Shown: in pieces, positions 25,630 through 36,875 of the stretch
Layout of the letters: each line of letters opens with the position of its first letter
Numbering within the stretch: position 1 is the first letter of the stretch
From: Podarcis vaucheri
Lineage: Eukaryota
Reading direction: 5' to 3' (one strand)
Assembly: GCA_965113315.1 (NCBI GenBank)
Contig: OZ220363.1
Length of the DNA stretch: 64,000 nt
Program-made: the position numbers and the translations under genes
The notes under the pieces: model-generated
Databases searched by the model: none
The model's input: only the letters and a program-made list of their open reading frames with translations
What the model was told of the DNA's origin: nothing

Positions 25630-27336
25630 CCTAATTTCCCCCTTTTTGGCAAAGCAATAGAATGCATTTCTTATGTGATGTGATATATATATGAGAATAT
25701 ATGAGAACTCTTTACCCTATTATATGCATTGCAGTGCATTTTTGTTGGCTGGGCAACTGCACTGCAAAATTCAGAGAAGTGCAAATGTTGAAGGATGACT
25801 GTATTTGATTCTCAAATTGTTCCAGGAAGTGTGAGTTAGATAGGTGCACTTTTAAAAGTAAACAATCAAAACTCACCCCCCCATCCCTAATTAGAGATAA
25901 ACTTAAAGCTTCTGAGATAGGGTAGTTCAGCTAGAATACAATAGGAAAGGCTACATAAGGCTGGCCTTTCAGTGATGCAGTTGATCACTCCTACCTGTAG
26001 ATTGACATCTTCTGTACTATTACAGGAAAGTTTAAGGATTTAAGCTGGCTGAAGAATTACGGAGTTGCTTTTCCTTTTCCTGCCCTAGCTTTTTCTTCTC
26101 TCCTGTACCACAAGATCAAACTTTTCAATGGACAGATAGACAGACAGATCCAAACTTCTGCAACTCAGATTCAACTTTCCTGCTTATTGGGTAAGCAGCT
26201 TTCTAGGAGGATTTGCCTGCTAGTCTCCATGGGGGAGAGTTTCACAGTTTAGCTGTGAAACTCACAGACAAATAGAGTAGTAAGGAAAAGGCCAATTCCC
26301 ATTGCATGGAAACAGGATATGCAACAGTTAGATGCAAAATAAAATAAAATAAAATAAATCAAAGAAAGGATTACATTTCAATGGGGAAAATCAAAGTGAA
26401 AATAAATTATCCTAATGTATACATATGTAAGGCTGGTGAAAAGGGGAACCAAAGAGAAGTACAATAAAGCCATACCAAAAAAGACTATTGTAATGAAAGA
26501 AAGTATGCCAGTGAGGTCCACTGAGTCAGCAAGATGCCAAAAGACTCAAGGATGAGAATTATATTGTTTCTGACTGCACTAAGGATAGACCCTGCACAGC
26601 CAGTCAAATGAGACAATACTGGGCCAGATGTAGTCTGACCAGGAACAAGGCAGCTTCCATAAGCGATATTGGCAGCACTAACCCTATTTTTTCTAAGCAA
26701 GGCACTAAAGAATAAGCACAAATCAAAGTGACCACAAAAAAGATTTCACAAAGTAATTAATATGCTGAACATTTTTCCTTTCATGCATCCAGAAAGATTC
26801 AAATTTCTCTCCTCGACCACAAAGAACTTGGAATGTGAAGTATAATAGCCATAACTCTTGTTTTGAATAAGAGAGATTGAAGAAAGGTTGACACCTTTCT
26901 GAAATAAAATGCATGCTTATTTGTTCTCTCTCTTATTCTAGCATCAATAAAACTTTGGTTTAAAGGAAAAGTTAAAGTGCTGACAACTCTACTCCTCAAA
27001 TGTTCAAGTTAAGGAGCTCACTTTAGCTGATGCAGATGCCTTTATTTGTGCTAGGTTACAAATTAGCTTTCATTCAACCATACTTTTGGGATGTTTCTTC
27101 TGGATGTCAGAGGATAATGAAACTCAGGCCACTATAAGATGGGTGGCCACATAGCTGTAAAACTCTAAATAAAACGACCCTCTGCTTTCCCTATAAGCTG
27201 TCATTTCAGAGAATGACATTCATTAGAAGTGACGGGTTCTATATAAATTGCCAAAAATTTAGAACTGTGACAACTTTGCCATTTTTCAACAGAATTTTTT
27301 AAAATGTGGACAGATTATACCTTTCACCACGTAGAT

Positions 27337-27472
27337 CAGGCATAGGCAAACTCGGCCCTCCAGATGTTAAGGGACCACAATTCCCACCATCCCTGACCAC
27401 TGGTCCTGTTAACTAGGGAACATGGGAGTTGTAGTCCCAAAACATTTGGAGGGCCGAGTTTGCCTATGTCTG
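27337..27472. mobile_element. Palindromic hAT MITE (136 bp)
   Basis: TIR CAGGCATAGGCAAAC / GTTTGCCTATGTCTG; perfect TSD ACGTAGAT. Confidence 0.92.
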
Positions 27473-30400
27473 ACGTAGATGTTCCATTACAAACTCACAG
27501 TGAAAGGAACACACCATCTTGATTTTATGATGAATACAATTATCAGGCTAAGGATTAACTGATGTATATTATCCATCTCATCAGTTGTGAGTTGAACCTT
27601 GCACAGTAAGTCAGATAAAATACCTAATGGAATGTTTACCTTTAGGACAGTAACCTATGAACTACACACTGGAAAATTCAGGATACAATTATAAACAAAA
27701 AAAATGGCTATTTATAACCATTATTTCCATGTCATTCTGTTGCCAGGAACTGAGGCTGTATCTCAAACCCACAGCTGGGCTCATATGTAACATCCAGTTA
27801 ACCTACTCTGAGCATTAGCCTGTCCTGAGCACAGGGGTGGTTTTAAAGTGGAAGCACTGCAAAGCAACTGCAAATGGAAGAAGCAATTTCACAAGTGCCT
27901 GGCAACAGTTATCAGCACTGAGTTGTCTAATGATACATTGTTCTTCTCAAACCACTGCACCCTCAGGTACAAGAACACTCAGCTTAACACCTAGTTCTTA
28001 CTAAGGTGATAAGCCTATGCCTGGGCTGTACCATCACAGATTGCCTGCAGGGGCTCACTTGATGGAAAGCTCTTCCATACACATTTTCTTCCTTCAACAT
28101 AAAATACAGTAAGGATTCTAGCTTAGCCTCCCAGATATCTAGTTTTCTATATGCATGTGTGTATGACCAAATCGGCATCTGAAGTAGCACAGCCCAGGTA
28201 CAGACTTACCACCTCATTGAGATGTAGGGACATTGTGATTTTAAAAAGAAGACTTAAAAGAAAACATTATTGTTAGAATTAATTGCTATTGATAAAAATA
28301 TATATATTTATAAATAAATATTACGGTAGTCTGTTTCCAACTAGTGCCCTTGTGCTTGCCACAACTAGTGCCCTTGTGCTTTTAATTCAGTGGGAGGTTT
28401 CTACTAACAGAAGAGGGAAGAGGATTTTTGGCATTTCCCTCAGCACCCCCTAAACATCTTTTCTGGAGAATACCCCAACCCTCTAGAACAGAATTGGGGG
28501 GCGATGCAGCAGCAGGGGAAGAGGAGGAATCAAAGAATAAGTCCCCCTTGCTTCTTCTGTGAGCAGAAACTTACACTGGAGCAACTGCACTAGGAGGACC
28601 AATTGGATTATGGTTACTATCACCACCTCCACCATGACCTGGTTGTTGTATTTCTCTGACAAATTACTGCACTTTTCAGAGAACCAAACTTTTAGGTGAT
28701 TTGTGGCTATCAAAATATAATAATGTGGTAAAGTGAAGGAAGAGTTTGGGTTTTCGTCAACTTAGTCCTACTCAGAGTAGGGCTTAATGGAATTAAGTTA
28801 ATCTTGAATATTAGCTTCAATAAGTCTACTTTGCACAGGACTAGCATTGAATACTACTATTTATTACTACAAGTTCACTTAGGCAATATCTCTGGCTTCT
28901 TTTGTCTAAGTGTAGCACAACAGCAGTTCAGCAACGAGGAAAAACACATCACTTCCTGCCAGAACATCAAAATTGGGTCTCATCAAATTCAGTAATACAT
29001 AACATTCCTCTTGTTATTCTGTCACACAACATTACAAGACAGTTGTTTTGCCAAGACCTGTGCAGAACAGCAAAGATATAATTCTCTTGGTTAATTCCAG
29101 GGCAAAGCCTGCATTCTTTCACTCTGCATCCCAACCAATGTGCAGCTACCATCCAGGGACAGTTTGGTTGGGCATCTTTCCAGCCATATAGCCCACTAGA
29201 GGGCCCACCTCTAGAAAACCGCAGCTATGTTGCTCCTGTTCCTTCCTGTTACCACCTGTTTCCTTGCACCCCCACTCTTTGGTATGAGCAGCTCAGTAGC
29301 AATAGTAATGGCAAACACAGACCCAGGAATGTGGAGGTAGACCACTGGTCCACCTTGCTTGAGGACCTCCAAGGTTTCAGACCAGGAAATTCCCAGTCTT
29401 TCTTAGAGATGCCGGAGATGGATCTTACGATTGCAAAGCACCAAGTTAACATGAAGAGTAGCTGCTACCTGCTTGTTCAATCACCAGCCTTCTACCTGAC
29501 AAACAAGTAGCAGCAGCAGCTATGGCAATGGAGAGGATGAGGCCCCACAGAAAGAGGACCCACATTTAAAGCCTGACTGTTGTGAGGAAAAGGCACTATG
29601 CATCTCCTCAGAAACTCATCTTTATTACTGCTGTTGTCCCCACAACCCAACTTGTTCCAGTGATGAACAATTGTATTAAAAATGGTGGTTGCAGGACCCA
29701 AGCCCTCATGAAGTTCGGGTGAAATGAGGCCTCAAGATAGTTCCAATTTAAAACATTAACCTGCAATGGTGCTTTGTGACTCGGGCACCTGAACAACTTT
29801 GATTGGTTAAATACATGCTGCATGCTCCAGGTATCTGTGGCAATTGCCATATCCATCTCCCTCCCTCCCTCTGTGAAACATCAGCATATACACAGTGTGG
29901 GCTAAATTCTTAGAATCCTTTGCACTAAGCATTCCTAACTCTTATACAGAGAATTGGACTAGAGAACTTTTGTGTCACCACTGATCCTAAAAACAGTACG
30001 AAAACAGGATGTTCTGTTCAATAAAGCATTTCCTGACTTCTGGTATGCTACTACTGTATTTGTCAACTAGTATCAAAATTATTTAAAACATCTATGTTGA
30101 ACATACTAAGAGTCAAGTCACTTACACTCTTATTTCAGAGGATTCCTTTCCAGGCTTCATTTCCAGAACATGTTTTAAGGTATAATTCTACCCCAAACTC
30201 ATTTATTTTCCTTCCAAAGTTCCCACGACTCAGCAAGAGTCATGCAAAATTTTTCACGTAATAGGAGAATCATATCTGAATTTAGATACTGAAATTGATA
30301 TGATCCCCTTGCTATAGACCAGTTTCCAATTAAATACTCATTAAGTAGATGCTGGATTTCAGAATCCTAAAACCACATTTAAATATAACTTAAACAAGAA

Positions 30401-30647
30401 CGGAAGACGATTCAGCTTGCATCTGCAAGATGTTAGATGCTGATCTGCCGGAAACATGTTTAATAAGACTATTCCTTGTCCCCAGCACGCCAGCAACAAA
30501 CACATCTGGAATCAATTACAGGGTTAGCACTAAAATAGTGATATACATAACAAGTTAAAAAGAGCAAAATTTACTTAACAAAAATGAAAGAAGTAGGCTG
30601 TAACAGCAGTGAGACACACGGCTGCCTTGCTGTTTGCATCATTTTAC

Positions 30648-31696
30648 CTTCTTGAGAGAGGACAATGAACTTTGACGATTTGATGACTTTCCCATCCAGA
30701 GTCCAAGTGACAGCAGCAGGTGGATCTGAGGAAACCTGACACTGCAGGATTAATTTGTCACCTTCTACAACATGAGTATCCTGTAGCTTTTCGGTAAATG
30801 ATGGTGCTGTTCCCTTTGGCTGCTCTTTTTTGTTATCCTCTACTTTCTCTTCAATTATTCCTCCATCGACTACCGGTGGGCAACCACCTTTGCAGTTGTT
30901 GTCATTCTTATCCTCTTTCTCCTTCAGTTTGGTATGTGGCAATTCAGAGTTGGTTCTGGCAAGCTGGGCTTCAGAGTTAATGCTAGCATTCTGTGTTTTA
31001 GATGTGGGGCTAGCATCCTTGGCTTCTGAAACAGAGCTAGCATTTGGTATTTTAGAGCTGGCATTCTGGGTGTCCAGTGCCTTGGATACTGGTGGGTTTT
31101 TGGAGTTGGCACTTGCATCGGCCACTTTGGGGTGGGTGCTGGGTTTCTGCACATCCGGGATAGCGTTAGCATTTGGGGCTTGAGCACCAGGGTCACCATT
31201 CTCAGTTGGTGCTTTTTTCTTAGCGCCAAGCACAGACCTAAAATCTGGGGTAGCTGGCTTTGGGGCAGGTGCCTTCTCTGGAAATGAAGGTTTGGGGGCG
31301 CCCTTTTTTGCCAGCACTGCACGGAAGTCTACCTGCTGAGGAGCATGGACTTTCCTTTCCTCTTCCGACAAGGTCTTGGGCTTGACCTGCCGCTGCAGGT
31401 TAGCACGGAAGTCCATCTGTTCGGCTGGAATTTCTTTCAGCTCCTCCTCAGAAAAACTTTTGGTGTTGACTTTCTTTGCCAAAATGTCGCGGAAGTCAAT
31501 CTGTTCAGCCTCCTGCTGCCTAAGCTTCTCCTCTGTACTCTCCCGGGTTTCTACTCGCCTCTTGAGCACACCCCGAACGTCCTCCTGCTCTTCCTCAACT
31601 TGCTGGACTTCACCAGTACTCTTTCTGAAGTCTCCAATGCTTCCAAATGTCAGTGCATCATGATTATCAGCATCTCTCTGTTCCGTCTGCCTCCCA
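30648..31696 (-). CDS. MYLK: MYLK large coding exon (~exon 18): five D(F/V)RxxL actin-binding motifs, short-isoform start, linker repeat, Ig domain N-half
   Basis: 1049 nt, phase 2-1, TTGCAG|TGGGAGG ... GAAG|GTAAAA; contains DVRGVL, DFRDIL, MDFRANL (ATG at 31416-31414), DFRAVL, DFRSVL and APSFTEKLQD...VTWTLDGKVIKSSKFIVLSQE. Confidence 0.97.
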
Positions 31697-31887
31697 CTGC
31701 AAGCAGAGAAGAGTTGCAGGGAAGGGGGAGGGAGAAGGGGAGGGAGAAGAGAAAAAGGGCAAGCAAAGAGTTGGTTTAAAATATCAAGGAACCACCTTAG
31801 AGCCAGGACAAAATATGTTTATAGAAGAGAAGGCTGATTAGAAGAACTTGCTCCATTAGTTAACTGCATCACTGATGACTTCAGGAA

Positions 31888-31897
31888 CCATATAAGG
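31888..31897. promoter_or_regulatory. Intronic CArG box (SRF site) in the short intron between exons 17 and 18
   Basis: CCATATAAGG = CC(A/T)6GG; adjacent TGACTTCA CRE/AP-1-like site; an intronic CArG in the first intron of the mouse short-MLCK transcript is known. Confidence 0.7.
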
Positions 31898-32104
31898 CTA
31901 CACACATGCAAAAAATAATAATAAAATAAAAAAGTGCTCCACACTGGCTTGGTACAGTTTGCTTCAGCTGTGTGAGGAAAACAATTTGTTGGGTCACATT
32001 TGGGGATTAGGCTGAACAGCAGCCAACTTGAGTCTAAAAGGTAAGAGAATTAGCAAAGCAAAAAAAAGAACCCACCCATGTAAGTCCCTGGGAATTGTAC
32101 TTAC

Positions 32105-32179
32105 TCTCTGTGTATTTCTCCTGTGGAAGTTTCTCTCAGCATCAAAGATACCTGACAGCTGCATTCTCCAACTTGGTTT
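32105..32179 (-). CDS. MYLK: MYLK coding exon (~exon 17)
   Basis: 75 nt, phase 2-2, TTTTCAG| ... AGAGA|GTAAGT; NQVGECSCQVSLMLRETSTGEIHR. Confidence 0.94.
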
Positions 32180-32740
32180 CTGAAAAAGTTAAAATCAGAA
32201 AGTAAACTGAGCAAACCACATACCCAAACCACCCAAACCCAACCCTCACTATGCTTGGTTTTCCCTGCACCGAGCCCAATATCCCAGTAAACATCCAAGT
32301 TGCTATCACTGTCTGAAAACAAACAATATTCCCCACCCCTGGAACTTTTCTCCCTGCTTGAAAGGCACACTGAGTCATTGCTAATGAGCTTCAAAATAAA
32401 GGCTGGGGGGTGTGTGTTTTACCTCCAAAACAAGCAACCTGAAGGAAAATAAATATCAAAAGTTGTGAACTCCAAGCAAGGGAAAAGCACTGTTTTGCAA
32501 CGCTTAAAAAGTTCTCCAAGCCTTGTCCCTGTGTTTGTTTATACAATACCAAACTTATAACTTTCATAACACTAAGATATTAAAAGCAGGGACCCCTCTT
32601 CCCTTCCCCACCCCCTCCTCTCCTTCCCTTGCAGATTGTTTCAGTCTGTGCATGTTTATATTAAAAAAATAAAAAAAATAAAAGTGTCACCATATATGGT
32701 GCTGAGCACTTATTCTTCCTTTTGCAGAGGAATGCCAGAG
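32180..32740 (-). promoter_or_regulatory. Putative internal promoter of short (smooth-muscle) MLCK
   Basis: Perfect CArG CCATATATGG 32690-32699; MCAT-like CATTCC (minus) 32729-32734; CCCCACCCC box ~32606-32614; TATAAA (minus) 32538-32543; AP-1 TGAGTCA 32371-32377. Position just upstream of the exon preceding the MDFRANL exon matches the mammalian arrangement. Confidence 0.7.
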
Positions 32741-33893
32741 ATGCCTGCTGGAAATGACTCCCATTAAAGAAGTCATTAAAATACTTTCCCCTTTTCCCAA
32801 TCCCCCCCCCCAAACCATGTTATGCTTCACAGAAGATACATCTTCAAACTGGCTCATCTCCCCCAAGAGATGCCAAGTGGGGGAGGGGGGAAGCAACACA
32901 GATTTTATGGCTTCAGGCAACTCTATAAACAATGCTACTGCATTCATTTAAAAGAAAAGAAAGATGGGCTGGCCCTTTGCCAACAGTTAAAAGAAGGAGG
33001 AGATATTTTATCGGAGGGTGGATTTTTAAGGGTTTCCCACTCTAAGCCCAACCCCATGACTAGCCTGGAAGGTTTTTCTTTTAATTAATATTATCTGAAA
33101 GATTTATCTCTCTGGAAACATTCTCAAGGCACTGGATGTAGAAATAGGAACATGAGAAACTCCTGGAGTATTCTTTTTTAACCGAATCCCATTATGTTTT
33201 CAAAATGAATGGGATTTAGCAGAACCTTCAGAACAGAGACATATAACTAAAATCAACCTGCTGAACCTTTTATTTTAGATGTGAATTGAGCCATTATCTT
33301 CTACACCCACATAATTGGCTTAGACCATACAATCGAAAACCAGGGATGGAGAACCTGTGGTCCTTTTAAGTCCAGCTCCCATCATGTCTGACTATTGCCC
33401 ACACTGGCTGGGGCTGAGGGCAGTTGGGAATTGGAAGCAATGTCATCTGGAAGCTCACAGGATGCAAATAGGTCTATTCAGAACTAGATTCAAGTCATTT
33501 TAAATCACAATGATGGCATGTTTACAGCTAGGCAATTTGGCATGCAAACTCAAGCTCAACACAGAACGCACAAACATGTGTTGACACAAAATACTTTGGT
33601 CACTTGCAACCCATTTGGTGCCTGATCATCTGCTCTACAGATAAAGATCACTATTACGGGAGAGCAGGAACCCTGAAGCTGCCCATTTATAAGTAGTACC
33701 TGGACAGCAACCTGGTCTCAGCTTTCCTCACTGTGGTGAGATGTATAGTATTTTTAGTTAAACTGTACCATTTCTTTCTAAATTTGCATTTGAATGATTT
33801 TAGAGTGTTGTTTATGCTGTACTTTTGTACTGTTTTATTGTTGTTAGCCGCCCTGAGCCCAGCTTCGGCTGGGGAGGGTGGGATATAAATAAA

Positions 33894-33951
<58 letters not shown>
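33894..33951. repeat. (ATT)n microsatellite, probably a retroposon tail
   Basis: About 19 ATT units after GCCGCCCTGAGCCC..GGGATATAAATAAA. Confidence 0.92.
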
Positions 33952-33955
<4 letters not shown>

Positions 33956-33995
33956 GTACACAATTTTAATGCAAATCTATCCCCTTTTTTGGGAC

Positions 33996-34807
33996 GCAGA
34001 TGACATCAATCTGGGAGGGGTAGCTAATGCCCCGGGAAGACAGATTCAGGATTCAAGATGACCTTAATGGTTTGGAGAACTGGGCCCAACGCAACAAAAT
34101 GAATTTTAATAGGAACAAACATAGTTGCACAAATATAAGATGGGGGACACTTGGCTTGTTAATAGTGCATAAGAAAGGGATCTAGGGGTCTTAGTAGACC
34201 ACAAGTTTCACATGAGTCAACAGTGTGATGCAACAGCAAATAAAGCTAATGCTGTTCTAGGCTGCATCAACAGCGCCCAATCAAGGGAAGTTATAGTACC
34301 ACTCTATTCTGCCTTGGTTAGACCACACCAAAAGTACTGTGTCCAGTTCTGGGCACCACTTTAAGGAGGGTATTGACAAGCTGGAATGTGTGCAGTGGTC
34401 TGGAAACCAAGCCTTATGAGGAACAGCTGAGGGAATTAGGTATGTTTAGCCTGGTGAAGAAGAGACTGAGAAGACAGCCATCTTCAAATATATAAAGTGT
34501 TATCACATGGAAGACGGAGCAAGCTTGTTTTCTCCTGCTCCAGAGGGTAGGACTCAAGCCAATGGCTTCAAGTTACAAGACAGGAGATTTTGACTAAACA
34601 TCAGAAGAACTTTCTGATGTTAAGAGCTGTTCAACAGTGGGACAGACTCCTTTGGGAGGTGGTGGACTCTCCTTCCTTGGAGGTTTTAAAGCAGAGGTTG
34701 GGTGGCCATATGTCAGGGATGCTTTAGTTGAGATTCCTGCATTGTAGGGAGTTGGACTAGATGACCTTCAAGGTTCCTTCCAGTTCTAAAACTCTTTGCT
34801 TCTATGA
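33996..34807 (+). mobile_element. CR1 LINE, 5'-truncated (RT C-terminus and 3' UTR)
   Basis: Starts at GCAGATGAC (ADD of the RT motif), then [21 protein letters not shown]-type segments; ends GTTGGACTAGATGACCTTCAAGGTTCCTTCCAGTTCT..TTCTATGA. Confidence 0.92.
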
Positions 34808-36628
34808 ACCTTCAAAGTTTAATGGAAAGTTCAAAAAAACCCAAGCAAACGAAAACAAAAAAACTTGTACCCACAGAACACTGAATTGGGGCAGTAAAAT
34901 TTAAGATGTAACCCTAAGACTGCAATACTTCCCTGAGAGTAAAGCCCCCACAGTAGAACTTACTTCCTAGTGAGTTCCATGCATAGGACTGGGCTGCACA
35001 GGAAAATTTTGGATTTAACTAAAACTAAATAGGTAGCACAAGACAGTTTGTTTAAAAGTTATCCCAGGCCAAAAAAAGTCACGTAGGTTAAACAAAATCA
35101 AAAATATTAACCGAATAAGGCAATACATCTAAGCACAGTAAATAGCGTGTAATGATATTATCAGTATGAAGCTGTACCACTGCTTTTCTTAAGACCATAC
35201 CAGGGAATATACTTTAGCATTTGATCAGCCTTGCCTGGAGGAAAAAGAATCTGAACATGAGTTGTTTTTCCCCCAGTCAAAAACATTTAAGTTGACACAG
35301 TGTTTAAAGAACATACCTAAATTCAAATCCTACAAAAGTGGTGAATGGATCCATATGTGGGCAAATAAATGCTGTGCAATACTATAAACTGCTTTGATAG
35401 GCTTTTGCAAAACAGCACAGAGTTCTTTCCACGCTATACCAATGAATTAGGGGTGGTCAGAAGGCAGACTGGGATCTATTAGATTTCTGGATGATTTGCA
35501 GTAGCTTTTCAAAGATTTCTGACTCTCAAACTTTAACGACAGCAACAACAAAACTGCTTCCCCCCTCCCCACAAAAGGACAGGCTGTTACTACAGTTCAA
35601 GGATTCTAACTCAGATGTAGATTTGCAGTTAGATATTCAAGTCATCCCAGGGAGTATGGTAAATAACTAGCTCTGATCCTTGATCCACTACTCTGCTCAT
35701 GGCACTGGTTGGTGAACCTCAGGGTTCCAGTTAAAAAAAATATGAAGCCAGGTCTGCAAGCCTAAAGTCTGTCCATGCCAAAAGAAGTATATAAAAACAA
35801 TTTTTTGACCTGCAGTCCATACACATTTCAAACAATTTTGTGAAGCAGTGAATCCCCCTGTTTGTATTGTGGGAAATAATCAGGGCAGAATGCCCAGTTT
35901 GAGCCACCTACTATCACACACAAATATGTTGTGCATGCCTTTCCCCCTACCCTGAGTTTAAAAAATAAAATAAAATCAGCCTAGACAGTCTGCAAGCCAG
36001 GGCAGAATAAAGGGGGGGGGGAGAGAGGGAGAGCACACACAACCATTTAACCCTTTCCTCGCTTCTTATTTTCAAGACAAAATCTCCTACCCAAAGGTTT
36101 TTCACCTGCAAGGGGGGGGGGGGAGGCAAGAGATCACATCTTTACTTGTATCTCTGTCACTGAGGGTTAAAATGCCACTTTGGAAAGTTACTCTCACCAG
36201 AAAAAAATGACTGCCTGATTTTCATTTCTAATAAAGGAATGGGGAGCAGAAGAATAAAAACACAGAACCCCACATGCTGTGTAGTTTGAGCCTTAAAGAT
36301 CCACTGAAAGCAGGCCAATGTGAAAAGCAGGCTATGAAAAGGCAGCAACAGCGAAATGCTTGCAACATAGCAAGCCTGGGCTAAACATCAATGGCTGCTA
36401 CATATATAAACATAATGCCCACAATGTCAATTTCCATGACTACTTATGCATGCTCCGGGAAGGTGAAAATAACCATTCATTAATAAATTATTAAAATGTC
36501 TTATAGTTCACATTTAGGACTACATTTCATGTCCACCATTTATAAATGCGAATAACTAAGTGGCACAGAAATGGCATGCATAAATAAATACAACTGTTTA
36601 GCACCATATAACTTTGCACTTGACATAC

Positions 36629-36875
36629 CTGAGTTGTATTTCGTACTGCCCAATATGAGAAGGCTGTACATTTCTTATAATCAATGTGAAGATGTCTTCA
36701 TTTTGCAGGAATTCACATCCTGCTCCTGGCATCACTTCCTGCCCATCTTTGAACCAATGAACCATGGGGAAAGGATCTCCAGCAATGGCACAGGAAATAA
36801 GGACATTCTGCCCAGCTTCTGCTATCACTGATCTTGGCTTGCTAATGAACCATGGCTGAATGCCATCCTGAGGCT
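36629..36875 (-). CDS. MYLK: MYLK coding exon (~exon 16), Ig domain
   Basis: 247 nt, phase 1-2, TTCCAG| ... CTCAG|GTATGT; EPQDGIQPWFISKPRSVIAEAGQNVLISCAIAGDPFPMVHWFKDG...GQYEIQLR. Confidence 0.96.

Noticed and set aside
30980-31066. Repeated N-A-S sequons
   Set aside because: MLCK is cytosolic, so N-glycosylation is not expected; they are a by-product of the 9-residue repeat.
31616-31633. Possible sixth actin-binding motif DFRKST
   Set aside because: Lacks the required Leu at position 6 and does not follow the spacing of the true motifs.
30798-31841. Plus-strand and alternative-frame ORFs of 60-144 aa overlapping exon 18
   Set aside because: Shadow ORFs of a long coding exon; no independent gene signals.
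35945-36130. Poly-C tract + TTGCAG|G acceptor-like site on the minus strand in intron 16
   Set aside because: No convincing donor or MYLK-like translation; exons 16 and 17 join in frame.
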